Shown here: piece after piece, positions 26,831 to 41,000 of the stretch | Layout of the letters: each line of letters starts with the position of its first letter | Numbering within the stretch: position 1 is the first letter of the stretch | Assembly (NCBI RefSeq): GCF_018977255.1 | Contig: NW_024704743.1 | Coordinates: forward strand, 115,074,001-115,138,000 | DNA length: 64,000 nt | Origin: Callorhinchus milii | Taxonomy: Eukaryota | Direction: 5' to 3' | Notes under the pieces: generated by a model | What the model was told of the DNA's origin: nothing | Database searches by the model: none | What the model saw: only the letters and a program-made list of their open reading frames with translations | Made by a program: the position numbers and the translations under genes

Positions 26831-29599
26831 TTCCGAAGGGTATTAGGTGCACATTGGCAAGGTTGAGTTTGGTTGATAAGGTGCGTGTTGGTTTGGGGAC
26901 CCCAGAGTATGCATTGGGGTAACTGCTAGAGTTTAACCGGCTAAAACGCACAGCTTGCCATCGAGAGCACCGCCTCTTTGTGTGCGTGAGAAATTCTGTC
27001 AGCCTACATCTCAACCTTCATAGTACTGTCGGGTTTGCCCATAATTGCTGCACTTTGTAATTAATTAATTAATTAATTAATCATTACTCTGTGCTATGGA
27101 ACATCGTTTAGCCCACAAATATACGGTCAATTCACTTCACAGCGTATTATGTGAAGTACTTTGAGACGTCTGGAAGATGTGAAAAGCGCTATATCAAATG
27201 CAAGGATTATTATTATTATCATCATTTATCACCGATTTGTACGTTGTCCTGAATAACCCTCAACTGAACCGAGACTGGGTCTGGGACCTTCTGATCTGAG
27301 CAGTGCAATGAACCGGCTAGGTGAAATGAAATGAGTCCTTTCATTTAAAGGCATTCAGGTTTGGTGTTCACACATGTGCAGAGCTCAGTGCTAAGTGTCA
27401 GAAAGAGGGAGTGGTGGATTCTGTGTGAGATTGTTAATAAACCACTCCACTGCGTACGGCCAGCTATCGCTGCGGAGATTGCTGACAATCCTTCTGTGGA
27501 ATGTTATCAGTACAGAGTGTTCCTCCGTACAGCTCACTGCTGCTCTCCCTACACTGAATTATAGTGCGAACACCAGCCTACAATTAAAGGGCCAACCAGA
27601 AGTTATTCTGGATTCAATTTGGCTGTCTCAGAGTCGGACGTTGTGGGTTCAAGAGACACATTGTCAGAGACGCTCTCGCCGACTTCTTCACTTCGGGTGC
27701 GATGTTAATCCGAGGCCCCGGTGCCTATTTTGGAGCCTGTGGATCCTGTGACTGCTGTATGAAAACTAAATTGCTCACAAAATGCACAGTCACTACACTT
27801 TGTAGTAAAAGGTGTTTTGTCAAAGGCAACAATAATTATGCAAATAATAATCCTGGAGTTTGATATGGAGCCTTTCGTGTCAGGAGGATGTCTCAAAACC
27901 CTTCACAGGATTTACTGTGAAGTGTAGTGACTGCATATTTTATAGGTGAACGCAGCAGCCAATTTATGCACCACAATGTCCCATAAACAGCTGTTAAGTG
28001 AATGACCAATTTTACTTGGGAGATTGTTGGCCAGGATGCTGGGAGAAACTCTTTTCTTTTCGAATAGCGCCACAGGAGCTTTAACATTCACTTAAAGAGG
28101 CATAAGGGGATCTCAGTTTAACATCTCATCCCATGGACAGATTATTATTAAGTAGGACGCTTGAATGGATTTTTTTTCTTGATGCCACAAAGGGTTGTCA
28201 CAGTTTTTCTCTCTATCCAGTGATGCCGTGAGGACAGCCTGGCTCGAACCCTTTCCTGCGGGAACTTTGTTGGGCTGAGGTAACTGGGAGCATTTGCTTT
28301 TTTTTTACAATAAAACATATTTTAAACTTTTTTAAAAATAAAACATATTTTAAACTTTTTTAAAAAAAAACATCTACGTCTTTTAAAATGGAGAGAGAGT
28401 TTACAGCGCAATGTCTGAGTGTGTTGCCTCCAGGATAAGCTGTTCCCATAACAACGGTTGTGGTGACCTTTCCAGAGGCTGTCCCTGTGCTCGAAAATCT
28501 TCCCAAACCATTTTTTAAAACAACTCAACTAGTTTAGCGTACTCAAACTGATCTTCTGATCTTGGAGGCAGTTGCAGAATGAAATAATGGGCCTTTTGGC
28601 TCTGCTTGGCTTCCATGCTAATGACTGAACCCCCAGCAAACTGATGTGATCCTGGGGGTTGATGGGCAAACAGAAGGGGTGCAGGGGTGGGCAGAAAGAT
28701 AAGGGGAAGGAATTGCAGGCACTGGTAGCCCTTGTGTTATGTGAGAAACATATTCGCGAGTCTCTGTCTTGAACTACTCTTTGGCCAGTGCATGAGCTGT
28801 TAAGGATATTTGGCGCTGTATTGAGGTGCCGTCTTTTGGATGAGAGCATAAAACCCAAACCCTTGTCTGTCTATTCTTCAAGTGGAGACTTCAAAGACTC
28901 TGTGACACTATGTGTTGGGGGTGGGGGGTGAGGAAAGGAAGTGAGTTTCTCACGATGTCCTGGCTGACAATCCCCTCCCCATGAAACCGGTCTTTCATCT
29001 CATGGTTGCTTGCAAAGAATTGCTGTGCGTAAATTGGCTGCTGAGTTTGCCTTGCAAAAAAGCAGCTGCTACATTTGACAGCGATTATTGTAAAGTTCTT
29101 CGAGACATTATGATGTGAGAAGCCATTAAGAAGAGGAAAGACCTTTGTTATCAACTTACTAACTCCTTTAGCATTAGTTTCTTGTCAGAACCTGAGTAGC
29201 AGGGAATGAAATAAACACCTAAGGGTGAAGTGTAATCACTATTGATAACAACCTTGAGTCGTGTCAATAATCAATTCCTCCAAGTCACCCATCTCTATCT
29301 ATAAAATCCCACCTGAAAACCTACCTCTTCGACCACGGGCTCATGGTCACCAACCCCTCCTTGTTCTTCCTTTCACGTGCCCACTGTGCAGTGCTCTGAG
29401 ACGCTATCCTGCGTGGAAGGTGCTAGTTAAATGCAAGTTGTAGTGCAGTTTCTGCTACAGCTTTATAGAAATGCAGTGCTGATGAGGGAGTCAGTCTTGT
29501 TCAGTTGGTAGCACAATCGCTTCTGGGTCAGAATAGTGTGGGTTCATGTGGGTCCCCATATTAGGAACTCTGAACATGTAGTCTGAGCTGACTCGGACC

Positions 29600-29968
29600 T
29601 CCATAGATCCTGCAACATAGTGATCAGAGCACTCGCCTCGCAAGTGAGAGACCTGGGTTTGATTCCCGGCAGGGCGAAACGTTGGGCAAGTTTCCTTACT
29701 CCACACACCTCTGTTTACCTAGCAGTAAGTAGGAACCTGGTTGTTAGTCGATTGGCGGATCGCTTTTCCAGGTTAGTAATTCCTTCAAAATAATTAAAGA
29801 AAAATTTGGTCACTCATTCCACAACTATTTGTAGGACACTGCTGTGCTGCCGCGTTTCGCTCACAAAATATAAAGTCAGTTCACTTCACAGTATATTCTG
29901 TGAAGCGCTTTGAGAAGTCTTGAAGTTGTGGTAAGCCACTATATCAAATGCAAGGTTTATTATTATTA
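29600..29968 (+). mobile_element. tRNA-derived SINE, long form, full length
   Basis: Head, CORE-like block ttgggcaagtt...ctgtttacctagcagtaagtagg, tail, (ATT)n. Confidence 0.88.
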
Positions 29969-32149
29969 CATTCCATATATTTTCTGCTACAGGTTGCAGG
30001 GGTGACGCTCTGCTCTGTTGGTCTAGAGCTAAAATCATCGCCTGGCAGAAACACTGCTTCTCAGAAGTCTGTAGGTTCCTGATATCTGCAGAGATCGCTG
30101 ACCTCAGTTTGGGTGCCACAGTTGGCTTCAGGGTCAAGGAGAGTATGGGGTGGGGAAATCCAGCTGTGATTTCCGCTCCTGATCATCTTCCAGATGTTGA
30201 GGGCAGGGTCTTCTCCATTGGATGCACTTGGGCTCTCTTTACCCCCACCACCCCACCTCAGTAACTTCTGCGAATTTCTGATCTTGTCACCACCGGCCTC
30301 AGTTTACTGAGACATCTGGCCTCGACAATCTCCAGCTCGAAGTCTCCAGCTGCATCCTGTTCCACCGCCTAATGCTGTTGTCTTTCTTACAAACAGAGCA
30401 AGCCTGCTCCGAGCAACGCTGTCTTTGTAAAACTCTGGGGTTGAGGAATGTGCAGATATCACGACAATGGCAGCCACAACAACAACTTGCATTTATATAG
30501 CAACCCTCACACAGGGCAATGTCCCAGAGCCACCACAGCTGCCAGTATATCAGTATATATATGCCCTATTACTGGCAAGTGTTACTGTCCACTGCTCCCG
30601 ATTCCTGCCCGCTGAACCTAAACCCTCAGTGTTTGTTTGAGAAGATCCGTGGGTAGATTACAGTACAATTTTATATTTATACAGATACTTAACTGTCCTG
30701 GCTTGGCATCAGAGCTGGGGGTGGGAGGCGAGGGGAGTGGGGAGGAAAAAGATGATGGAAAAGCCCTTCGGTTGAGACGTTAAACTGAGATCTCATCCCT
30801 ATTTGATAAGAGAAGGGAGTTTCTCTCAGTGTTTTGGCCAACAATTCCCCAAATAAAAAAATTGGCAATTATTTCATGGCTGTTTGTGGGACATTGCTTT
30901 TCACAATTGTGCTGCCGTGTTTGCTGCCCAATCTTTCCATTTCACAGTAAACCCTGTGAAGTGCTTTGACACGTCCTTCCGACTTGATACGGCGCTATAC
31001 CAAATGCAATGATTATTATTATGACGGGGGAGGGGGGCAAGAGAAATGGCCATGTGTACTGCTCATGGAAGTGGTGGGGGAGGGAAAGCAGTCCCTATGG
31101 ACCAACCTTTGCTTTAGGGATGAAGTGGGGAAGGGGATTATATCATGTGAAGAGAAACACTAGTGTAGAGATGAAGTGCCTAGTAGCCTGTTTCCATGCT
31201 ATAATACTCTGTGTGGCCTCTAAATTCTTTGGGGTGCGTATTTTAGGATCAGATTGACTTAAAGATTCCTTGGTGTTATGTTAAAGATAATATAATAATA
31301 ATCCTTGCATTTGATATAGCGATTTTCACGTCTTCTCGACGTCTCAAAGCGTTTCACAGAATAGACTGTAAAATGAATTGACCGTATATTTGTGGGCAAA
31401 ACGCGACAGCCAATTGCGCACAGCAGTGTCCCACAAACAGTCGTGGATTGAAAATGACCAATTTATTATTGTTTTTGTTTTTTGGAAGGATTATTATTAT
31501 TCCTCTGTAGCATATTTAGATCTAGTATTCTCATTAGAGTACCCATTACTGGGTGCTGCAAGTCATCTGGTGTGGTTCTCATGTGGTATTCCCGTAAATA
31601 AAAAGAGGAAGGATATTTGGCACTGGATGGCAATGGATACATAACCAAGTTGTGGAATATACCCGCAGAACAGTGTCCAGGACAAAGTACCATGTGAAGA
31701 CAGCAACTGGGAAATGTCAAAGTGGAATTAACATTTTGTGATAAGTAAAAATTTATTAAAATGGGCAAAGTCTCCGGGTCTCCCTGCCCAATATTCCTCC
31801 CTCTTCCTAAATCCCAAAACCAACCAACCCAAAATGAATAATAATAATAATCTTTGCATTTGTGTAGAGCCATATCACACCATCAAATAATTGGGTTGTT
31901 CACCCCTCGGCTGTTCTGTGGCTGTTGGGACGTCCTCTTGATGTGAAAGGCACTGTACACATTTTTGTTGTTGCTGACCCAGATTAGCTGCTCGCATGTT
32001 TACTCGTGTCTTAAACGTTCGCTGGGTTTCAGAGAAGCTCATCGCCATGAGGCACTTTGAGATGGTTCGATGTTTAAAGGAGTAAAGTGGAATGAGAGCA
32101 TAAGCGTTTCAATTTCTATCTATCCCTGATTTTCGATCTGCTTTTTCAG

Positions 32150-32211
32150 GCGAGAATGACAAGGTTCCTTCTGGCTTTGCAGAAATTGCTGCCATGTTAT
32201 TAACGCCTAAG
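32150..32211 (+). other. Candidate exon of an unidentified + strand gene, possibly carrying its start codon (MLLTPK)
   Basis: Pyrimidine tract plus ttttcag acceptor, AAG|GTAAGG donor, gctgccATG context. Confidence 0.55.
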
Positions 32212-33156
32212 GTAAGGGTTTGGATTGGGGATGGCTGGCAGCATTGCTCGGGGCTGCTAACCTGCTGTGTTCACTGTTGCTGCTTTGGGGACTGCGTGCA
32301 GGTTTTTTTGCCGATCCGTGTTGGGTACAGTTGATTTTGCAAATCCTTCCAAAAAAATGGGCTGCATGGTATCGTTGGTTAGCATTAGGGTTGTGGTGGC
32401 CTGAGATCAAACACTGATCAAATACCCTCAAAGGCATAGGATGGGGAGGGGAAACCAAGGTCTCAGTCTGGCGAGTTTGTACTTGTTTTCTGTGCTTTTT
32501 TAATAATAATAATAATAATAATAATAATACCAATCGTTGCATTTGACATAGCGCCTTATCACATGTCTCAAAACGCTTTGCAGAATATAATGTAAAGAAT
32601 ATATTGCATATTGACTACGTATTCTGTACGCGAAATATGATTGAGAGTTAGACCATAAGACGTAGGAGCAGGAGTAGGCCATTTGGCCCCTCGAGTCTGC
32701 CCCGCCATTTAATAAGAGCATGGCTGATCTTCTGACTTAATTCCATTTACCCGCCCTATCCCCATATCCCTTAGTGCCTCTATTCTTTAGAAATGAGAAC
32801 AATTATTTTTTTCCTGCTCAGCCGGATGTCTGACCCATGTGGAAACCGGTCACCGTGCTACACGAGTATCCAAAACAGGCGAAGAATTCTATGAATGTTT
32901 TCTATGGATGAATTCTATGTATGTATCCACCTACACGTGGATCTTTACCTGTCTGGAATGGAATGCGCACTCTCCCTGGAGGGATGCACACAGCTTACTT
33001 AATTAGAGAGAGTATTAGGAGCAGGCTGGCAAGAGACAAGGCTTGGGGGACCACAGATTGTGTGTTGGGGCACTGCTAGAGTTTAACCAGCTAAGACCAG
33101 CACAGCATGCCACTATCTGGCAAGCATCCTGTTACTTGTCCAGCTTGGACCAGCCT

Positions 33157-33419
33157 TCCAGGCAGGGCGAAACCTTGGGCAAGTTTCCTTACTCCACACG
33201 CCTAATAATAATCCCTCCAAAACCAAAACCAATAATAAATTGGTCATTTTCAATCTACGACTATTTGTGGGACATTGCTGTGCGCAATTAGCTGCCGCGT
33301 TCGCCCACAAATATACAGTCAATTCACTTTACAGTGTGTTCTGTGAAGCGCTTTGGGACGTCCTCCCGACGTGAAAAGCGCTATATCAAATGCAAGGATT
33401 ATTATTATTATTATTATTA
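33157..33419 (+). mobile_element. tRNA-derived SINE, short form, head missing
   Basis: Near-identical to the 34763 and 54195 copies. Confidence 0.9.
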
Positions 33420-34762
33420 CCCATTGGGGCTTATCTTGCCGGGGTAACAGGAGCTGAGTGGAAAGGATTGCAGTGTTGGGGTACTGCTGGAGTCTAATCA
33501 GCTAAAATTGGAAGCTAGTGTTTTGGTGCCAAACACGGCAGCAGTTCTGTGCCCTCAGCATCTCAGAAGCAACATTGAGCTAGTTGGGGTTTGACCTGGC
33601 AGAGACGTATCTGGGCAGCAAAACGGGCTATCTAATAACCGAATGACATTCACAGCCATGATCTTGATGTTCAACACCTGCTCTTTTTAGTCCGGACCTT
33701 TAAAATCTCCAGTGTCTGTACAGTACATTGTTGTGGTTACGTGAGCGGTATTCACTTGCTAAACTAGTTACCTTGCTTGTGAAGGTGGACTGAATCATCT
33801 TTACTTTCATTCCCTTTCACTCAATTTAATTCATTATTACTGTATGCACATGCTGCATTTGTTTGTGCGTACATGTTCGTGTGCGTGGGTAGGTGGGTGG
33901 ATGGGGTGGGTGATAAGACACTATCAGATTCAAGAATAAATATTATTAATAATAGTGAATCTAAACCATCTTGTTCACCTTCCCTCTTTTGAGTTTGAGT
34001 CTGTCCCTCTTTGTTCTAGATTCTATCATATAATTTTTTTTGTGTGCACCTTCCCCCCCAAAACTTTTTTCGTAACCTTATATTGGAGTGTTGCCAGTAA
34101 TGTTGACATGTGTATGTATATATATATATCTAAATATATATATATATCTATAAATAATATATACATGCACAGTGTCTGAATTCTCTTGGCTCCTGTTTAC
34201 AGAACGTACACAAACAAAACAAACTTGTGCACTTACATAACTATGACGTAAGTGCTGGGTTTTCCCAAAACATGTTGAGTCGTGAATTGCGTGGTACTTC
34301 AGGACTGGGTCACTTGGAAGTTGTTCCCCCTCCTTCCTCCCTGTAGCATAGGAGAACACATGTGACGATTTGAAATATTTAAACAAATAATTACACAGTA
34401 GTCACTGGCTCTGGCAGGGGCAGCCAGCCCAGGCGATTTGACAAGAGCGTGTTTTTTTTTTATTTGTGCGTCTTGAAGGCTAAAGTAAAACGTCAGCAAG
34501 TTCGCAGAAATGCAGCCCCTTTTAACCTTTATAAATGCAAATATTTGCAAATACCTGGAGTCCACTCAATTGTTCGTTCACATCGTGGCTGTTTGTGGGA
34601 TGTTGGCTGCTGTGTTCGCTTACAAAATACACTGTCGCTAAACTTCACAGTAAAGAAAAATCCTGTGGAACACTTTGAGACATTGACGACAAAGAAACAT
34701 ATCAAATGCAAAGATTATTATTATTAAATGTACTTAATATCCCGAAGCATAAGTGCCATGTA

Positions 34763-35089
34763 CAATAATAATAATAATAATTCTTGCATTTGATATAGCG
34801 CTTTTCACGTCGGGAGGACGTCCCAAAGCGCTTCACAGAACACACTGTAAAGTGAATTGACTGTATATTTATGGGTGAACGCGGCAGCCAATTGCGCACA
34901 GCAATGTCCCACAAACAGTCGTAGATTTAAAATGACCAATTTATTATTGTTTTTGGTTTTGGAGGGATTATTATTAGGCTCTGTGTGGAGTAAGGAAACT
35001 TGCCCAAGGTTTCGCCCTCTGCCTGGAATTGAACTCAGGTCTCTCACTTGCAAAGCGAGCGCTCTAACCACTGAGCTACAGGACTCCAC
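34763..35089 (-). mobile_element. tRNA(Ala)-like SINE, young full-length short form
   Basis: gtggagtcctgtagctcagtggttagagc head; L2-identical stem-loop in the tail. Confidence 0.93.
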
Positions 35090-35204
35090 ACTATGCTATC
35101 TGGACATGTGTTTTATAACCCAACCCCTATAATAATAATAATAATGAATAATAATATCCTTGCATTTGATAGCACCTTTCACATCAGGATGACATCTCCG
35201 AGGG

Positions 35205-38075
35205 CTTGTAAGGGATATTAAAACCAATAGGAAAAGCTTTTATATATATTATTAAAAGAAAGAGAATGGTCAAGTGGAATGTGGGTCCGTTAAAGACTGA
35301 TGTAGGTGAGAATATGATGGAAAATAAGGCAATGGCTGACTTGTTAAATAAATACTTTGCTATCGTTTTTACAGTAGAGGATGAGGACAAAATACCAGCC
35401 TTACACGGGACCCTAAAAATAAGTCAAAGAGAAATGCTTAATAAAACTATTATAAATAAAAAAATGGTAATGGAGAAAATAATGAGACTCAAGATAGACA
35501 AATCTCCAGGACCCAATAGTTTCCACTCAGTGGGGGTTAAAGGAAATAAGAGAGGAAATTGGAGATGCATTCGTCATAATTTTCTAAAGCTCACTAGATT
35601 CAGGAATTGGGCTCTTAGATTGGAAAATTGCAAATGTCACCCCTTTATTTAAGAAGAGAGGGAGAAAGAAAACAGGAAACTACAGACTTGTCAGCTAAAT
35701 GTCAGTTGTAGGGAAAATACTGGAATCCATCATCAGGGCAGAGTGACTGAACACTTGGACAAGTATGAGCTAGTCAAAGAGAGTCGGCATGGGTTTATGA
35801 AGGATAGGTCGTGTCTGACTAATCTAATTAATTAATTAATTGATTAATTAATCTAATTAAACTAATCTAGTTGAATTTTTTGAGGAGGTCACTAAATATA
35901 TTAATAATAAAAATGGTGGATAAGAGAGTGTCCATGGATGTCGTTTATATGAACTTTCAGAAGGCATTTGATAAGGTTCCACACAAAAGATTATTAGCGA
36001 AAATGGAAGTGCATGGAGTCGGAGGTAACCTTGTGACGTGACTTGGTAATTGGTTAGGAGGCAGGAAACAGAGAGTAGGGATAAAGGGAACATTCTCTGA
36101 TTGGCAAGGCGTGACAAGTGGTGTCCCCCGGGGTTTATACTGGGACTCCAGCTATTCGCCATATATATAAATGTCTTGGATAAAGGAAAAGAAAGTTTTA
36201 TATCCAAGCTTGGAGGACGACACTAAACTAGGGGGCTCAGGAAATTGTGTAAGTGGGAGTAGGAAGTTACAAAGGGACTTAGACAGATTAAGTGAGTGGG
36301 CAAAACTGGCAGATGGAGTTCAATGTAGGGAAGCGTGAGATCATCCACTATGGATCAAAAAAAGATAAAGCAGAATATTTTCTTAATGGGGAGAAATTAA
36401 GAACTGTGGAGGAGCAAAGAGATTTGGGTGTCCAGATCCACAAAGCACTAAAAACTAGTTCTCAGGTGCAAAAGGTAATCCAAAAGGTGAATGGAATTGT
36501 GGCCTTTATCTCGAGGGGCCTGGAATACAAAGGGGAAGAAATGACGCTTCAGCTGTATAGAGCATTAGTTAGACCCCATCTGGAGTACTGCGTTCAGTTT
36601 TGGGCACCACACCTCAGTAAAGATATATAGACCTGGTGATATTCTGGAGTGCAGGTTCACCAGAATGTTACCAGGCCTAAAAGAGTTAAGAAGAGGAAAG
36701 GCTGCGTAAACTTGGATTGTATTTCCTTGAGTTTAGGAGGTCGAGGGGTGATTTGATTGAGGTATTTAAGATGATAAAGGGATTCGATAGAGTAGATACA
36801 GGGAAGATATTTCCTCTGGTGGGGCACTCCAAAACAAGGATATAGATGTCCTGGACTTGGATACAGGGAGTACAGTTTCCAAGTTTGCAGATGATACTAA
36901 GCTAGTAAAAGTAATAAACAGTGAGGAGGATAGTAGCAGACTGCAAATGGACATAAACAGACCAGTAAAATGGGCAGACACATGGCAAATGAAGTTTGAT
37001 GTGGAGAAATGCGAAGTGACGCATTTTGGGAGGAAGAATGAGGAGAGACAGTGTAAGCTGATGGTACAATCTTAAAGGGAGTGAAGAAACAGAGAGACCT
37101 GGGGGTTCATATAAGTAAATCTTTGAAGGTGGCAGGACAGGTAGATAAAGCTGTAAAAAAAACATATGGGATACTAAGCTTTATAAATAGGGGCATAGAC
37201 TACAAAAGTCAGGAAGTTATGATGAACCTTTGTAAAACATTGGTTAGGCCTCAACTAGAGACTGTGTTCAGTTCTGGGCCCCACACTTTAGGAAGGATGT
37301 CAAGGCATTGGAGAGGGTGCAAAGGATATTTATCAGGATGGTACCAGGAATGAGGGACTTCAGTTATCAGGAGAGGTTAGAGAAGCCGGGATTATTCTCC
37401 TTGGAGCAGAGAAGGTTAAGAGGAGACGTAATAGAAGTTTTCAAAATTATGAGGGGATTTGATAGGGTGAAGAAAGAGAAACTATTTCCACTGGCGGGTG
37501 GGTCGGTAACCCAATAGTTGTTAAATGAAACAGAGGGGAGGTGGGGAGAAATGTTTTCACAGCGAGTTGTTTGGATCTGGAATGCATTGCCTGAAAGGGT
37601 GGTGGAAGCCGATTCGATAACAACTTTTAAGAGAGAAGTAGTTATTTGGGGAGGACAAGTTCGCAGGGCTATAGGGGAGAGAGCGGGGGAGTGGGATTGA
37701 TTTGGATAGCTCTTTTCAAAGAGCCAGCACAGACACGGTGGACCGAATAATTCTATGAATCTATGATTCTGTGAAGGAGGCATTGAATTTAAAATTAGAA
37801 CCAGGACATTTAAGAGTGAAATCAGGAAGTATTTTTTCACTCAAAGGGTGGTAGAAATCAGGAATTCTCTCCCTCAAAAGACCATGGATGCTGGATCCAT
37901 CCATACCTTCAAGAGTGAGGTTGATAGATTTTTGGTAGGTCAAGGTATTAAGGGATATGGGGAGAAAGCGGGAAATTGAAAGGATTAGTTGAGGTACAAA
38001 TCAGCCCTGATCTAATTAACTGGCGGAACAGGCTCGAATGGCTGAACGGCCTCCTCCTGTTTCTGTGTTCCTATG
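35205..38075 (+). mobile_element. CR1-clade LINE (host), degenerate RT, interrupted by a second CR1
   Basis: KSPGPNSFH, FQKAFDKVPH, LYRALVRPHLEYCVQFWAP motifs; 3' tail resumes at 37774. Confidence 0.93.
36841..37773 (+). mobile_element. Nested 5'-truncated CR1 LINE, TSD aagga
   Basis: SKFADDTKL, WQMKFDVEKC, LFSLEQRRLRGD; ends in an (attctatg)-type repeat. Confidence 0.9.
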
Positions 38076-41000
38076 CTTTGTAGAATTTACTGTAACTACA
38101 GTAAAGTAATGACTATATTTTATAGGCAAAAAGAACCACACTAGCACCTTAGAACGTCCGGTTGAGGTGCAGTTGTTGGCAGGTGGAAGAAGAACTCTGT
38201 TGCTTGGTGCTAATGTTGTTCTACCACTGAGAGTTGCTACTGTTGGCCTCTGTGCCCCTGGGCTTAGGAAGGCAAGTGTGGGGTAAGAGAGGGGGAATAA
38301 TAATCCTTACATTTTGTATAGCACTCATCACGTCAGGAGGTATAGTCTGTTCACAAGATACACTATACAGTGGAGTGACTGTGTGTTTTGTGGGTGAATG
38401 CGGCACTCAATTTTGTACAATCCCTGCAAACTGGAGCGAGTGACCAATTTTATTTGGGGGATTGTTGACCAGGACAGTGGGAGAAACTCCTTTCTCTTTC
38501 AAATAGTGCCATGGGATCTTTAACATCCACTTGAACAGGTAAACGGGCCTCGGTTTAACGTCTCACCTGAAGGACGGCACTTCTAATAATCCAGTAAAGC
38601 TCACCTGCAAATATGCCGTGTTTGACACCAGACGAGGGTGGGATTGGAGCTTTTATATTTTTTTTGAGTTAATGTATAGTTTTGTTAACAGCAAAGTCTG
38701 TCTGATTTTTAAGATCAGTTGAAATCTGTGTGGCATCCCAGGATTTTTATGGGAACTGAGCTTTGGGTATCCTTGGAGTAGCTGTGTTGTGAAGAGTAAC
38801 AGCCTGATGACTCTGTTGTGGGATCCCAGAAAGGACTCTGGTTAGAGTCACTAAAGCGTCAATTCCTGGCTTGGAAACCTTGTTTTCAATGCTGCTACAT
38901 ACGTGAAAACAACTCCCCAGTGAGAGGCCCTTCGGCTCTGAATACTTCTACACGACCTTTACTGACTGAAGACAAGAACTGTGCAGCAGTTTCATTCAAT
39001 GACGTCCAAAATCCGGTTCTCCAGTTTCTCTCTACCCAGCCCCCCCCCACCTCCCTCCTCCCCCACCTTCCTCCTCCTGCACCGGACCCCTTCTCCCCCA
39101 TCTTTCTTGTTCAGGGATCAGACTCTTGTCTGTTTTATGCTCTCTTCTCATTTTGCAGATGTACTGAGTAGGGTGAGGGTGGGGGTGGGGGAGTGAAACG
39201 TGGATTCAGAGCTGTGGTCGGGCATTGTTCCAGGGGCACTTCAAAGTTCAAATGTAGTCTTGAGAAAATATTCACAGACCTTCCCTTACTGCTGTGTGTT
39301 CCAAGGCTTGTTTGGCACAGCAAGCCAAAGTGCAAGGGCAGTGGCAAAACTGCAAAGTTTGCTGTAGTGAATGACGTAACTTATTTTAAACATCAAGCAT
39401 GCACTGAGTGTCTTCTGATGAGCGTAACCTGCCCTTTTAGGAGCAGCTTTTTTACTAAACAAAATTGGATCTTTGTTTGACTTCAGTTGTGGGGTGGGGT
39501 GTGGGGGGAATCAAGTATTTCATAATCCAGGCTGAGATTTAATTTTACTGATTAGGAACTAATCATCGGAATATCGGAAGTGCCTTCCATCAGATAGGGC
39601 GTTAAACCAAGGTCTATGTGTCCGTTCATGTGGATGTTAAAGAGCCCGTTGCAGTGTTTGGAAAGAGAAGGGAATTCCCTCCCCCTCGTGTCCTGGGCAA
39701 CAATCCCCAGATTGGTCAGTCACTTTGTGGCTGTTTTTTGGGATATTGCCGTGTGTATACTGACTGCTGTGCTTGTCTACAAAATACACAGTCACTACAT
39801 TCCACAGCAAAATCCTGTGAGACGCTTTGAGATATTTTGCCAACGGGATAAGCAGCTACATCAAACGCAAAGCTTATTCTAAAAGCCCTCGGAGACCCCG
39901 TCCAGTGTGAAGTGCGCTATGTAAATGCAAATTGTTGTTGTAAATAAATATATGGTCATTCACTTCTTGGCCATTTCTGGGACATTGAAGCTTACAAAAT
40001 GGCCCCTGTGTTCGCTGACAAAAAGTTACTACCACTCAATAGAACACTGTGAAGCACTTTGAGATGTTTCACTGTGATGAGGCCCTATATTAAATGCAAA
40101 CTCAAGGATAATTATTTTACATCTGGAGACCAAGTGCTCTTTTTGTTGGTTGCTTTATTGCTTAACATTACTGTGGGACATTGCCGTGTGCAAATAACCT
40201 GCCATAATTACCTACAAATACAGTTGCCTCATTTCACAGTAAAACCTTGTGAAGCTCTTTTCAGACGCAGTAAAAGAGCAGCACGATAAGGCGCGTAAAT
40301 TGTATTGTATATTGTGTTCAAAAAATCGTTTTTTTTTAGTAAAAATGCCTGATATGCAGGGCAGCTCTATTTTGTTTGCAGCAGTGCATCAAAATATGCG
40401 TGAGTTGAAAAGCAGAAGTAATTGTTTTTGTAAAGATCAGTTGCTTTATCATATGCAAATACAGGTATGTATATTTTTGCTTTACGAATGATAAATATTC
40501 TCCAAAGTTATAAGTGACTAGAACTTTTGCAATGCAAATCTCCAGTTTTGTGTAGGGACTGGGAGCAATCGCCCCTATTCTATGCTTATTGCAAAATCTG
40601 AGGTGTGGGAAGGGAATGAAGATGATGGCAGACTGTGTAAGATTGGTTTGAAATACCAAAATGTTGAAGTAGCCAAATAATATAATAAATAACAGTATTA
40701 AACCTTGCACTGGATATAGAGCCTTTCATGTCGGCAGGACCTCTCAAATGCCTCACAGGAAATATTGTAAAGTGTAGTGACTCTGTTTTGTGGGCAGACG
40801 CCAGGAGAAAATCTCTTCTCTTTTCGAATAGTGCAATGGGATCTTTTATATTCACCTGAACTGGCAGACAGGACTTCGGTTTAACGTTTAATCTGAAGGA
40901 CAGCACCACTTAACATTGCAGCAATCCACCAGCACTGCACTAGAGTGTCAGCTGAGACTGTATGAGTTCAAAGTACCAACATGGGCCTTAAATCCAACAA

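Noticed and set aside
28309..28366. 27-bp AT-rich tandem duplication
   Set aside because: Ordinary slippage duplication with no sign of function
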